In this document: positions 26,203 to 38,449 of the stretch, piece after piece
Layout: each line of letters opens with the position of its first letter
Position numbering within the stretch: position 1 is the stretch's first letter
Assembly: GCA_976226885.1 (NCBI GenBank)
Contig: OZ320321.1
Location: forward strand, 55,986,001 to 56,050,000
DNA: 64,000 nt
Direction: 5' to 3'
Origin: Iphione sp. A-MEVVRFRX5
Lineage: Eukaryota
Made by a program: the position numbers and the translations under genes
Notes under the pieces: model-generated
Told to the model about the DNA's origin: nothing
The model's database searches: none
What the model saw: only the letters and a program-made list of their open reading frames with translations

Positions 26203-29200
26203 ATCACCGTACTGCTGCGGACCCCTCATTTTCTAAATATTTATTCTGCATACAAACTGCTGTCGAGACACTCTTTGTCATTAAAGAAGAGAGAGAATTT
26301 CCCATCAGTGGGCTTGCAATAGTGATATATAGCAGTTTAAATTATTGCAAAAAAAGATTCACTTATCAGAATATTAAAAACAAATCATGAGCTGACGAAT
26401 GAGTCACACACATGAAATCTTCTCTCATGGTGCGATCTACCTTCAGGCAATGTTTTATATGCTCATTGTCACTACATGTACATCTATTTGTTTTGGCTAC
26501 CTGATTATTGTTGAAGAAATCAACCTTTGAATATTTACCTGACGTGTACTTCAATTAAGAAGGTGAAGCCAGATATTTAAATCGACATCTTAACGTTTGC
26601 ACAAGCGGTTCATATAGTGTCGAATATACGGATGTTCCACGTCATTATTAGGATTCGTATCTCGCCTCTGTGCGCTATTCCTTATTGGTGACCGTTGTAT
26701 ACTAGAAGGATGCCCATCGCATGCATAAAACACCCATGCGTACCTCTAGCTAATTCGCTCAGCACCAGGTTGGCCACGACCCCAGGATGCAGCCTCGGGC
26801 CACCCGACGGGGCATGGACCGCATGCAATGCTACATTATAAGGTCTCAGCATTTGATAAATAATTTCCACACTTTCGTTGCATTGCATGTGACCAATCTC
26901 TAACATGTGCAAGAGGTCCCAAGAAAAAATAAATGTTACCGGACAAAAGTTTAGTATGAATAATATATAACCTGTAAGAGTATCCTTTGGTTTTCATGAC
27001 TTTTTTGTTATGCAACTTGGTAAATGCACTGATACAAGGCCTTCCTCTGCATTGCTGAATTCTGGTATATATTGGTTTGAATTCGGATACGTTCGTTAAA
27101 CATTTTTAATAATATCAATAAGCTTCACCGTAATAGACACAAATGTTTCACACATTGTTAATAAAGCCGACATCCATGCTCATTTCAACTACGCAACGCC
27201 AGTCGCGTACTGTTTGAAAACGTGACATCATTTTTAAATTGGAGATATAAGAGACCGAAATTAGAATTATCCTGTAGCAAGAAGTGAGCTCATCATTCCC
27301 TTTAGTATTTGTCTCCAATAGAAATTTAAACACTGGCGGCACCAAACGGAAACGAATCTAATATTTGTGACTGTTGGTCTTGAGCAAATAATAAGTTGAT
27401 ATGTAATGTTTTGTGTGATCAATTACCTTAAAGCAAGTCTGCTATATTTTTTTTTATACATGTATAGCATTTGGCCGATATTTCTAATACGTTCATTATG
27501 TTATTGCATTCACATCTGCGTAATGAGTTGGCAAATAAAACGCGTTGGTATTGGCATAAGATACTCGGTAATGTATTTGTGGGTCAGGCAGAATATAACG
27601 GTTAGAAAAGCTTACAATCTACTAAGGACTGATTGATAGTTTTAAATAAACCTTATTTTCAACATGATACACTGCTGTTCTTGTTATTACTTGTTCGACA
27701 TACTTTATAGGTAACCGTGCGGAATCCTTTAGCGAAAGCATGACTCACACAAGAATGCATGGGGTTCCCCTCACACTGTCTCTGTCATTGTCCGGCTCAG
27801 CAGGCTAATGCTCTGTCTGCCGTCTTCCTTATTGGCACTTTTAACGGAGTCACTTCGACTGGCAAGTAAAATACCACTTTGCCACCTTCACGATGTTTCG
27901 TCCCTTGACCGTGATAATATATTAGACTGCCTTCCAGGTCAACTACCAATGGACCAGCCGCTCACAACAAGACCGGCGAAAGGTGACCGACTAGTGTTGT
28001 TGTCATGTACACATAATCCCTATGGTAGCACTGGTGTCGGAACCATTTGCGTGTTCTTTCTTACCTCGACCGAAAGGCCAAGACAAGACAAGGGTCTAAT
28101 TCAATTAGGACTCTTCCCATTCCAAGCTCTCTCACTATAGCCCCCGGCTCATGGACTGAGTGAACCTAGGTATGTCTTGAAAGAGTATTCAGATTCTCAT
28201 TCAGATTCTTAATTTCCGTTATCTTTAGACTCCACTGACCACACGGAGAGTTGTTTCCTTCAGTCAATTACATTCCATCGCTGGAATATTTTTGTTTCGT
28301 TCTTATTCTATCATAGGGTAGTGCGTCTGCATAATACTTCAATCTGTTCAGGGAGTTAAGAAGCGCGCTATCTCTCTCCCGCTTTCTCTCTCCCTCTCTC
28401 TCTCTCTCTCTTCCTCTCCACATAAGCAAACATTTCCTTTCCAGGACAAAAAGGACTCTGTATCCTATGTATACGAGTGGAAAAAACTCAAGTGAAGACA
28501 TCTGTGGGTGGCTGGTTCAATTAATGATGTCTGCAAGTGTGGTTTTCAATAAAAGGGGGAGGGGTACTCTCCACCAATTTTACATTCCTGTTCTCGCACT
28601 GCGTATGTTGTTTTATTGCCCTAGTTCGGTGTTCTTCTGCCCTTGCTCGTTACTCAACTGGTAGGTAAGCCATGTTTTTATATCTCCTCTGAGATCCTTT
28701 TTCGCTTTCGCAGACCGAATTGGTATCTTGTAAATCTGAGGAAGATCCCTCTCCCCTACTTAAGATTCTAGACAGGTCGTCCTTTAAGTTTGATCTACGC
28801 CCGTTTCTCGCAGTTGCAACCCCAGACTAGGGTAGACGCCGATAGCCGATTTATCACTCTCACACCCACGTCTCTTTTCCGACGTATATATTGTTTTCAT
28901 CGTCTTCTCTTCGTCTCCCTTATTACATCTGGTTCTGATTGATGGTCCTTGTAGGACCAAGAAGATGGCACATTTGTTTATTAAAGACCACGTCTTCGAT
29001 CGGGAATCATTTATTTGAAAAAAAACCTTGATGTAGTGGCCAGTATCTATCTTTAAAGCACGGCGGCCATCTTTTTTTCTCTTTGGGCCTATGTAGCCGT
29101 GCAGTGCGACTATTTCGCATACAGCACGGGTGGGGAGGTGAGAAAAACAAGCTGGCGCATTGAATGTGTAAGGGGTCGGACGTGTCGTTAGCAGAGGATT

Positions 29201-29250
29201 AGTCGCCTGCATGTTTCATTGGGGTTAGCGTTGTTCGAGTGTAGGTTGCG
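25950..29250 (-). mobile_element. Decayed DIRS/Ngaro-type retrotransposon (gag, RT, RNase H, YR)
   Basis: LKIDTGHYIKVF (gag KI..GEYVD-like, ORF 28784..29212); RSPFAGLVVS..PGRQ (RT, ~27930-27995); YNVALHAVHAPSG (RNase H end, ORF 26682..26912). Weak YR traces toward 26000 are interrupted by (GA)n. Confidence 0.5.
26137..26201. repeat. (GA)n microsatellite, ~32 units
   Basis: Perfect dinucleotide run. Confidence 0.98.
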
Positions 29251-29546
29251 AGGTAAATAAAGGACAGTTAGAATTAATTTAAAATGCAGGTTTATTCATG
29301 ACATGTCTACGAAATATGATAAATTGACTAACCAAAATAAATATAATGTAAAAATAATTAATATATCTATACATACAAATATTTACCAAAAGCAGTACTA
29401 CAATGGGAATAAATCGAAAATTATGAATATAAAAGGAAAGCAATATCACAATACATACTGTTTGACTTAGAGACCTATTACATTATCACATAGGGGAAAA
29501 AAGATGAATTTGAAACACGTTACAGTAGAATAACAGATAAAAATAT

Positions 29547-31213
29547 TTAGATTTGAACGACCACCTTCTTGTCGTCTTTGATTATGGCAACTTGGTACAC
29601 ATCTGAGGGAACGACAACAGTAAACATTTTGCGATCGATCAAAGAGGCCATCTGAATGGTACCTTGGGCTGGAGAGGTAGCTACTGTGTGGTTACTGTCT
29701 GGAACAGGTGGGGTCATGGACGTTTGGACCATCTGATCCTTTGAGGTGTGGGCATTGATTGGAGTTACTGCCAATACACTGGGGGAAGGGGAGGGCACTG
29801 GTGGGGTTCGGATAGGGGTGGAATGAGAGGGTGTTACCAATGTCTGCGGATTGATGGGCGGTTCAGGACGAGTAATGGTCGCAGGCTTGTTGGCTTTGGG
29901 GGGGGGGGGTTGGAGTGAATTACTAATGCGTTTTTCAAGATCAATGGATGGCCTCTTGTACAATCGGACAGCGTTGGACCTATGCCCACTTCGCGAGGTG
30001 ATTGCCTGTTCGTCGAAGTCATGCTCGTAAAGAGTGGTGCAACACGTCACCTTACCTGAATGGCCACTAATGTTGCGGCCCTCTGTGTCGATCCCAGCAG
30101 ACTGGAACATATTGGCCATATATTGTGACAATTTGTTCACCCCAACGTGCTGAACACTGAATATTATTTGGCCATTGACGTTCGCCAGTGGGCGATGGTA
30201 AAAGCGGCCTATGGAAGGAATCAAGCCAATATATTTCCTAAAAATCTGGACCACACACCGCTCATTCTCGGGCTGAGCGTAGTGCTTCACAACCCTTGGA
30301 GTGGATTTCGAGCTGACTTTTCCTGTGACAGTTTTTGCAAGACGACCATTAAACTGAAGATATTGTGAACCATCTCGTTCCGTCCCGAAGGTAAACTGCT
30401 CGACCATTAGGTTAGCATGTTCGTCCCTCGCCCGAAACCCGAAAAGCTTGCAATTATAGAAATAACAAGCATATGACAATGATTGAGCAGAATGAAAGCC
30501 AATAACTCCCGATTCCCATAGTTCAATCTCATCCTCAAGTGTTATGGGGTCTGCACGTGTTGGTTGAGTCCCAACCCCCTGTGATATCAGCAATTTCCTC
30601 CGAGCATCCAAGGCGTCTCTGAAGACCTTGAAGTGGGGTCCGTCCTTCTTTAATAACCAGATGTCGGCTCGACCAAGTACATCTCGCATATATCTCTGGA
30701 TCGAGGCGGCTATGTTGGTAAGTGTACCTGGAAAAAATAACATATAAAACCTTCATAACCTTTCCTGATATGAGGTCCCCCCCTCACCCATCCTATGTAT
30801 AGGCATCTGAACAGTGTCTTACCTGGAGGATAATCGTCCCCGTCCTTCTTCCGAATTTCCGTCACGAAACGAGCCAACCAGTAGTCCAATAATTCCAACT
30901 TGTCAGTGGTCAAAGCTGGAACAGGCCATTTCCTATCCCCAGGAGATTTACTATGTCCATTCCTCCATGTTCTCCATTCACGGTATATATTGTGGGCCCA
31001 GTTGGAGGATTGTTGTGTGTTTTTGGGTATCCTCGAGGCAATGAAGGCCTTAAACTCGTGATCAGTTTGAACCGGTGCAAAACGACAACGTACATCATCT
31101 TCTTGACTATTCTCCTGTGTTTGGGATTGGGAGAAATATTCCCTTTCCATTTGATCTGCTTGAGTGCATAGATCTAATTCGATCTCGAAATTTGGAATAT
31201 CCAACAGGTCCAT
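29547..31213 (-). CDS. Crypton-type tyrosine recombinase (DUF3504-like), two exons (31213-30823 and 30727-29547), 523 aa, apparently intact
   Basis: ORFs 30710..31213 and 29547..30743 join in frame across a GT..AG intron (YPPG|TLTNIAASIQRY). The exons total 391+1181=1572 nt. The start is accATGg and the stop is TAA at 29547. Motifs: RIPKNT..WAHNIYREW, LDYWLARFVTEIRKKDG.DYPP, LFGFRARDEH (Arg), GHSGKVTCCTTLY, SRSGHRSNAVRLYKRPS (His, Tyr). These are typical of Crypton/DUF3504 YRs. Confidence 0.9.
30728..30822 (-). other. 95-bp spliceosomal intron of the Crypton YR gene
   Basis: Minus-strand donor CCAG|GTAAGA at 30822 and acceptor TTTTTTCCAG|G at 30728. Splicing restores a continuous reading frame between two homologous halves. 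Confidence 0.85.
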
Positions 31214-31376
31214 GGTTAGACCACCGTGACAGCAGTGTATCGGTTAGGGTTCAGATTTTGAACAGAGACAATCAAGGTGAATATTCTAATGAAGGGATTA
31301 ATTAGGAGGTTCTTATTGGTTCTTGGAGTCATGCCTCATTGATTATGTGGACGTCAGGAGCCGTGCTTTAAGCTTC

Positions 31377-31505
31377 ATACAGCACTTGGGCGTGCATGTA
31401 TGCGTTAGATTGGCATGGTTTGGATTCGCCACACTCGACTGCGTCTCGTGCAGCGAATCCAAACCATGCCAATATAACGCATACATGCACGCCCTCGTGC
31501 TGTAT
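31377..31505. repeat. Inverted repeat/hairpin: 53-bp arms (31377-31429 and 31453-31505, 3 mismatches), 23-nt loop
   Basis: Left arm ATACAGCACTTGGGCGTGCATGTATGCGTTAGATTGGCATGGTTTGGATTCGC is the reverse complement of the right arm except at 3 positions. Confidence 0.95.
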
Positions 31506-31539
31506 CTAATACTAGTTAACAGGTCTTTGTTTTCCGGTT

Positions 31540-34500
31540 GACATCGATGTATGGTATAGGTTGACGTTATGCACTCTGAGGATTGAAGTAACTCCAGTCC
31601 CAAATTACTCTGATCTGTAGCTTCAGCGATGGGCTGAGTATATTCATGTATGCGTTGTACATTACAAATAATAATTATGCAATAATTACGCAGAGGAATT
31701 GTACTTTATATATACATATATCTTAAGAACTGTAGGACAGGGCATCTGGTTTTTAAAAAAATGAGCCTACAGACGTATGCTTTTTGTACATTGAATTGAA
31801 GAGTCTGCCAACAGTTAACACAACCACACGATTTAAGGAAATCATACGGATTATTGGATTCCTAGTCACGATATCGTGAGGATTTCGTCCAATGTGGAAA
31901 CACTTTCACAATGGGACGGAAAGTCAGTGGGCGGAAGGGCAGATGCACTCTGGCCAAGGGTTTGCGTAGTGGGGGGGGGGGGCAGGAGTGTGGGTTGAGG
32001 TGTAGGACAGGACATTACCACTAGCCAGCTGTGAGTGACAGGTAAACGATGTCACGCAGCCAGCATCCCGATTACTTGCAACAGGGGAGCCATGCAATCA
32101 TTTATTTTGCACACCGGGGGTCCACAGAACGGACCTGGCCGCAAAATGAGGATGAAGACAGGAGAGGGTATATTCATCGTTTCACGTACTGATTTACATC
32201 GACGCGAAAGTGTTCGCGGCGCCCTCTCGAGACCTCCTTTTGCAAATCCATTCCCGTAAATTTTCTGCGATGGACGGATGGGTCACGTGAGCGGAAAAAT
32301 ACACATACAGCTATATATATATATATATATATATACCTGATCAGTGTGCCTCGTCATTGCTATTTAAACAAAAATGCTTATAGGTATCCTGGTATCGAGC
32401 GAATCCATTCTCAGCATAGTTTTGAGCGTCTTGGTCGGTCTGTAATGAGGTCCCGCCCAGCCGTCTGATTCCTGACGGACATCGACATGACTTTCCCGAT
32501 ATTTATAGGTCCTTTTTCTGTTGAGAGCGTACATTCCCGGCTGATAAATACGCAACAAACATTCGCTGGATGTGGGTCTAGTATACGAGGCGCCTACCGT
32601 CAAGCAACTTATCCATCCATCTCTGTCCTACCTGTGCCAGTAACGATGCTAGTTAAAGAGCATCTGGGGGCGTTTTTAACAAAGAGGAAAGAAAACGAAA
32701 ATGCTTTTGAATTTCAATCAACGTATTCCATTTTATAACTCATAAACTTCGAGATATCTCATGTGGTATTACTATATTTGAGCCAATATGAAGACTATTT
32801 TTTTGCAGTATACGGATACATATGCTGATGTAGGGTAATGACCATGCAATTATATATTCATATACCCACTGTAACGAGCCCATTCAAAGGAACATTACTT
32901 GAAAGATTGTTGCCTAGGCGGCATATTTTGGAGGAGCCGGCCAAGATGAGATTGTTAAGTGTTGAGGTGGTAGACGGGTTAAATTTGCTACATGTGATGT
33001 AAACTTTTTTTGCTGGAGGTCTTGCATGCACCATCGAACTGTAACCTGAATCGCCCAGAGTACGTGGTAGTAACGCTCCCCTGCCAAACGCTTGCCACGT
33101 GATTCCCTTGATGCAGGCAGTTCGTTATTATTTCTCTTATTCATATTCATCTCCAGCAGGCACGATTCCAACCAAGTCCAGGATCACCTCGCTCGTTCAC
33201 ACCGTGTATTCTCGATCGCATCGCCGCTAATGCCCCGGAAGCTGGCAGTCGAGGTGGGTGGGGGTGGGGGGGGGGGGTTGCTCCTATTCCATATCAATGG
33301 TTTTCAAGCCAGTAGGTACACCCAGAATCATTCGTAAACTCATCGGGCGCCGTCGCCGCGCCTGCACACCCTGTTGCGAGGATCCCCCAGCAGGGAGGGC
33401 TTACGCGCTGGGGTTTTGCATCTAAACGGATTAAGGCCTCAATGGGACACTGTCGAAGAGCCACGCTTCCTCCCCGCCCCGACAGGGGCGCTTATGTCCC
33501 CTCGTCAGACCAGAGACTGACGCTCCGGGCCTCTGGCTTACGGGGGCCAGCAACGAGCTTGAAAATAGGCACTGCTTGAGCGGACCACCGCTCAAAAGGT
33601 TTCGCTAATTATCAGCCGAAAAGATAGCACTGTGCCGTGGCCAAAGGTATTGGGCAAAGGTTGAGGCAAGGAATACCACGCAGCCCCACAGAGCGTAGGA
33701 AATTAAGCGAAGCCCAAGTAGACGGGGCTTGTGTGTATACTCTTGTATATAAGTAGGAGAATGGGAAGTACGCATGGAGCGCTACTTCTGTATCCGTTTA
33801 GAGAGAAAATACTGGAAATGGAATGCCGCCTTCGAATGTAAAGAATGCAGAGAGTCCTCCTAGTCTGAGAAGGGCACAGTGCGTCGGTATTAAGTCGTAA
33901 ATTGCTGGGGTGGGTACCCATGCATATGATGAGGAGCAGGGGAACCTGAGAAAGCGAGAGAGAGGGGTGGGGTAGACATGGGTAAAGAGATGGAGAGAGA
34001 GGATTGTCTCTCTCCATGGACTCGCCGCGCGAAGACTGAAGATGTCTGATTATCTAGCGAGATAGACAGGATGTGGGTTAGGTAAGATATACGTCGGATC
34101 CTGGATCGGTTCTTCTACTTGATAGCGTGCAGCCTGAGCGGTAACCTCCCCGTCCATCAGGATGTTGATTTGGCGGTTGACTGTGATCCAAACTGCACTG
34201 AGAAACATGAGTGACGAATCTAACAGTTGAACCTTATTTTCACATTCTAAATGGTCAAAACATCGTTCATACGTGTATACGGAACCCCGTGGAACCTAAC
34301 AAGTTCTTTTTGAATGTCTGCTTAGGTAGCTGCTTCATGCTCAAAGACATAACAATAGACGGCCATCTTTGTTGGATAACTTGTATAATCTTACCAACGG
34401 ATTAACTCCAAAATTATTTCATTGGGTTTTATCTTCAATCATTTTACTTCCTAAAAGATAGAACTGTGTTTTTTTTCGATGTCAAATGCATACATGATAC

Positions 34501-35700
34501 GTTTCCTGTTCAGTATCCTTGGTGCTTGAGGGCGAAAGAGATGATGACGCGCGTGCTGTCCGACGCATGCGCACTTTATCAACCTTGGCGGCGGGCACCA
34601 GTTAAGTATGGAATCGTGTTAAGCAAGGTCATGACGTCATTTCAGTACTACGGACGGACGTCACAGGCGCGCCGACGTCAGAGAGCAAAGGTTGGCGAGG
34701 TGCTGGTTAAGGTGCATCAGGGGCGGTAACATCGGAGTGGACATGATTTAAGTGGGCTACTCACCGATGCTCTCAGAGCAACTGGCCATGAGTAATGAGC
34801 GGCCAACCTCGGCTTCCCCGGCGGCGGCAGTTGATATGCAAAGACGTGCCTGACGTTGGAGGGCTCCGTGATCTATGACACTCGCTCATACATTATACCA
34901 CCTCCCCTAGACTTCATCACTCGCTCATTTTAACTTTTTTTTAACCTATGTTTATCAACAGCGTGCACCGTCTTTCTTTCATGCAGAGCCAACACATTTG
35001 CATAACATTTCACTTGTAAACGTGTTCTCCGAGACCGAATATGTTTCCTCACGCAACTTCGAGAAAGTTTTACACGCATTAATACATTAGATATACCATG
35101 GATAATGCAACACGTGCACTTGCAATGCATTTACGACTGTCTGTTATACGTACTAATAGACTAACACGCAATTTACTGCACAGTATCTTATGATATTAAT
35201 GTGATTTTGACAGCGCCCTCGGTGGAGTCTCCAGAAAAGTCCTCCCATGCGGTATCATAAACTCAGATATTGAGTGCAGAAAGGAAAACACGGATATAGA
35301 TTATCACCGGTGGCAGATTATTCACTCGTGGTTGGAGTGGCCATGTAGGAGCTGTCATCCCCGTGTCGCTGGTCGCTGGCGGCGGCGCGTGCATGGAAGG
35401 GCTCTTTTGACGCCTAATGACTTGTGGTGTAGGGCGGTCCAGGTAGGGAGAACCCGCGGCGGGAAATGACAGCGGCTCCCGGTCGGCGGCGGGAGTTACG
35501 TGAGTGCAGACAGCGTGTAGTTTGAGGTCGCCACCTGTCAACACCCAGTTAGAGGCCACGATAAACGGACGGTGACCGCCCACCTTTTCTCCACCTGCCC
35601 ATACCACCCATCCGCCCATTTCTGTACGGGGCCTCCTCCTACCACCCCGCCCCCCCCCCCGCACACACACTCCTCTCAGCGTACCCTTTCTTGCTGCCGA
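31540..35700 (-). mobile_element. Decayed DIRS/Ngaro-type retrotransposon (gag, RT, RNase H, YR)
   Basis: K*KNRSRIRRISYLTH (~34075-34125); LNGYRSSAPCV (LPFG.RSAP-like, ORF 33703..34017); GPERQSL (~33520); PSLLG (~33390); ELPAS.. (ORF 32914..33171); YSAH..GTGV (~31600-31645). Confidence 0.6.
32312..32335. repeat. (TA)n microsatellite, ~12 units
   Basis: Perfect dinucleotide run. Shorter (TA)n runs also occur near 40190, 44725 and 59685. Confidence 0.95.
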
Positions 35701-38400
35701 TGGCCGGGAAGCCACAGGATGAAGCCATTTACCGGTTTGACGACCGCACTAATGCCTCATATAGCTCACGAGTAGGTTCAGTTCAGTCGCTCAGCATATG
35801 AGGGTACGGGGAACAGAACTAATTACAACGTAGGTAGATATAATCGTTTCTTATCGGAAGAACTGAACAATGACGGCAATGCGTGAGGAAGGTGCAAAGG
35901 GAAGCCACGCAGGGAGCGCTGCTTCTAATAGACGTGTCCCCACCCCCACCCCCGCTGATAACTACTGCTTTGTTCCGGGACTCCGTTCAGGATAATGTTC
36001 CGTGAAGTACATCCACGGGTCTGGTTACGCAGCTGTTGGACTTCAACGATGGCACATAATGATAGTCTGGAAAGGCTCGTCTTTCTGGGCCTCCTTCACC
36101 CATATGCTGCTCATCAAGAGAGACAGTCGGACTTAAGCCTGCTAATAAAAAATGTGCCTGCACCTTAAGTGATTCTAAATGAAGGCGGAGGGGGGGGGGG
36201 GTGTCGGCCGCCTATGGATGGGGTTGGGTGGGTGCTGGAACGGCCTGAAGCCACATTAATTGCTGGAACCCGTCGACGGGCTCATTATCGGGACTAGGTG
36301 TGTCGGTTGGCGGTTTTACTACAGGGTCAAACCATCTCAGGCATCGTCGAGGTAAAGATTGGCTCGTCTAAAAAGGGCTACGTTAAACTGACAGGGACTG
36401 GTTGGTTTATTATGTGTTGAAAAAGTCTGAGATATTGTTAAAGGCGATAGCCAATAAATGTTGTTTTGAATATAACGTTACACATCCACACATTCACGAG
36501 GTCAATAGGTCATCTCAAGCAGGTTGTCCTCCTAGCAACTGCCAATCAGCCTATGTAACATCTTAACAACCAAATATGCTCTTTCGACGAAATTATTTCG
36601 ACTGTGAATAGAGGTCCTCGAATCAGAACCACTGAATCATGCCAAAACCACTGCACGATTTTCAACCAGGTGGTATTATTCTTATGTTATTAAAAAATAT
36701 TTGTCCGAGAGAATTTTTAGAAAGATGTTGCTGCCATGAGCTTTACTTGCTTTTCCTTGACGCACTTAATGTGATTAGAGTTAAATCCTTCCATCGCCAG
36801 ATGTTTTATCATGTTTTCCTCCAGGATCCACGCTACCACGCGGCCCTTATGGGAGAGCGCCGGCCGTTAAAGTGCTAAGAGTTTCGACTTTCAATTCATT
36901 TTACTGTCAATCAAGCGTTCCTCACCCTTTAACCGTCAATGCCGCATGCATTACGTCTCAAAACGGCGTCCACTAGATGAATGAAAAGTAAAGTGTACTG
37001 AAAACTTCAGTGTGCTCGACCGCGAATATAGAACCCCCTGTCGATATAGATTACACATTAAATGGTTTACATAAGCAACGACGCCTGCTGGGCAATCGGC
37101 GTGATGGAAGCGTGTTTTAAACAAACAGATCATTCTAGCATCGATTGCGCTCTGCGTGCTCCACCTCGATCACCCACCCAGAGAGAAACGCCACCAAAGA
37201 ACTACTCTTCATTCGTCCGATTAAGACGTGTTTTACATGTGCTGCCGCAGATCCCTCCCCGCCCACCTTGTACCCCCCTCCCCATTGCCTCTGCCTCCCA
37301 CCAGTCGTCTCAGGGCCCCGGACATGAAAGCGGACGATTGGTCAATAGACCGATTAATTGAATAACGCTGCGGAATGGAAAAGCTTTGAGCAGCTCGTCA
37401 TCTGGGCTCGCCGAGCAGCTCGGAGACGGCCTACTTGATGTTGGCGATCATCTCTTATGGGTTGATGCAGTTCGTGTCCGGATTGTGCCGTGAAGTGGAC
37501 GCGTTGGCGGAAAGAAGGGGGCGATGGGGTAGGAGCGGAACAGCGAAAGGATAAAAAAAAGGCCAAATATAGTTTTGAATATACTGATCAGTGATCCGGT
37601 CGAATGGCAATGCAGCAACACGTGTTGAAGCTTGCGATGTGCCTGTTGGCGAGCATGGTTGTTTCAGTGCGGAGGTCTACATTGATGAGGCAAATACCGC
37701 TAACACTCTGAACGGGGATCTTCCAATATACCCACTAGCGAAAAACCAGCCCATTTCTGGGTTTAGGTATAGGCGTTCCTGATCCAAAATTGGACATGGT
37801 AATGTACGGTACATATATCTTAAATATTGCTTAACTCATTTCTATCTAACGTACTTTGTAAAAAATTACTTTAAATAAAAGCACTGAAAAGATAGCATGT
37901 GGGGCCTTTGTAGTGCCCCGATACTTTGTTGCTATAGACATACGCTGTTGGGAAACACTTTAATGCACATCCAGAGCTCTATATTTGGATACGAATTTTG
38001 AACTCTACGTACTCGCTCCACTACAAACCGGTAACATGTAACCTGCAAAAATGATAACTAAGTGTACTCCGTGCCAGCTTAAAATAATTGGTGACTACTT
38101 CTTTAGATAGTAATAAATGCATGTCAGAAACTTGATACCATGGGCGGGGCGAAATCATCAGAGCTGGTCTACTGGGAAGGCCTTCATTCTCATAAGGACG
38201 ACCCCCTTTGAGATGAATGAGGCAATAGCAGTACATGTAATTGAGAACCACGGGCTTTTATTATCGGAGTACACACAACGGAGTCTTTAGAATTTAGAGG
38301 AAATCCATGCTGACTACTCGTGGCATTGTAACAGTGCACTTGTGCATACCTGCCAGCAGCCTGATAACAAGTCAATTGTCCGACTGGTTGTGACCGACAC
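35700..38400 (-). mobile_element. Decayed Ngaro-like retrotransposon (gag, RT, RNase H, YR)
   Basis: NRSIDQSSAFMSGALRRLV (N.SA..FV, ~37300-37355); VIYIDRG (YLDD-like, ~37035-37055); FISRLKSD (~36125-36150); TGKWLHPVA (GRWxS-like, ~35715-35740). Confidence 0.55.
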
Positions 38401-38449
38401 GTGAAACGTGCGGCTTAATATGAGAGAAGGTTTACAATTTGGGAGCCTC

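Larger units (their letters stand above)
29270..31520 (-). mobile_element. Crypton-like DNA transposon, probably complete; ends approximate
   Basis: Intact YR gene, AT-rich 3' region with minus-strand AATAAA at 29291-29296, and a long hairpin upstream. It is flanked on both sides by unrelated decayed DIRS-type sequence. Confidence 0.7.

Noticed and set aside
29266-31518. AGTTA at 29266-29270 and 31514-31518 as terminal direct repeats of the Crypton
   Set aside because: A 5-bp match in AT-rich DNA is expected by chance and needs an empty-site allele to confirm.
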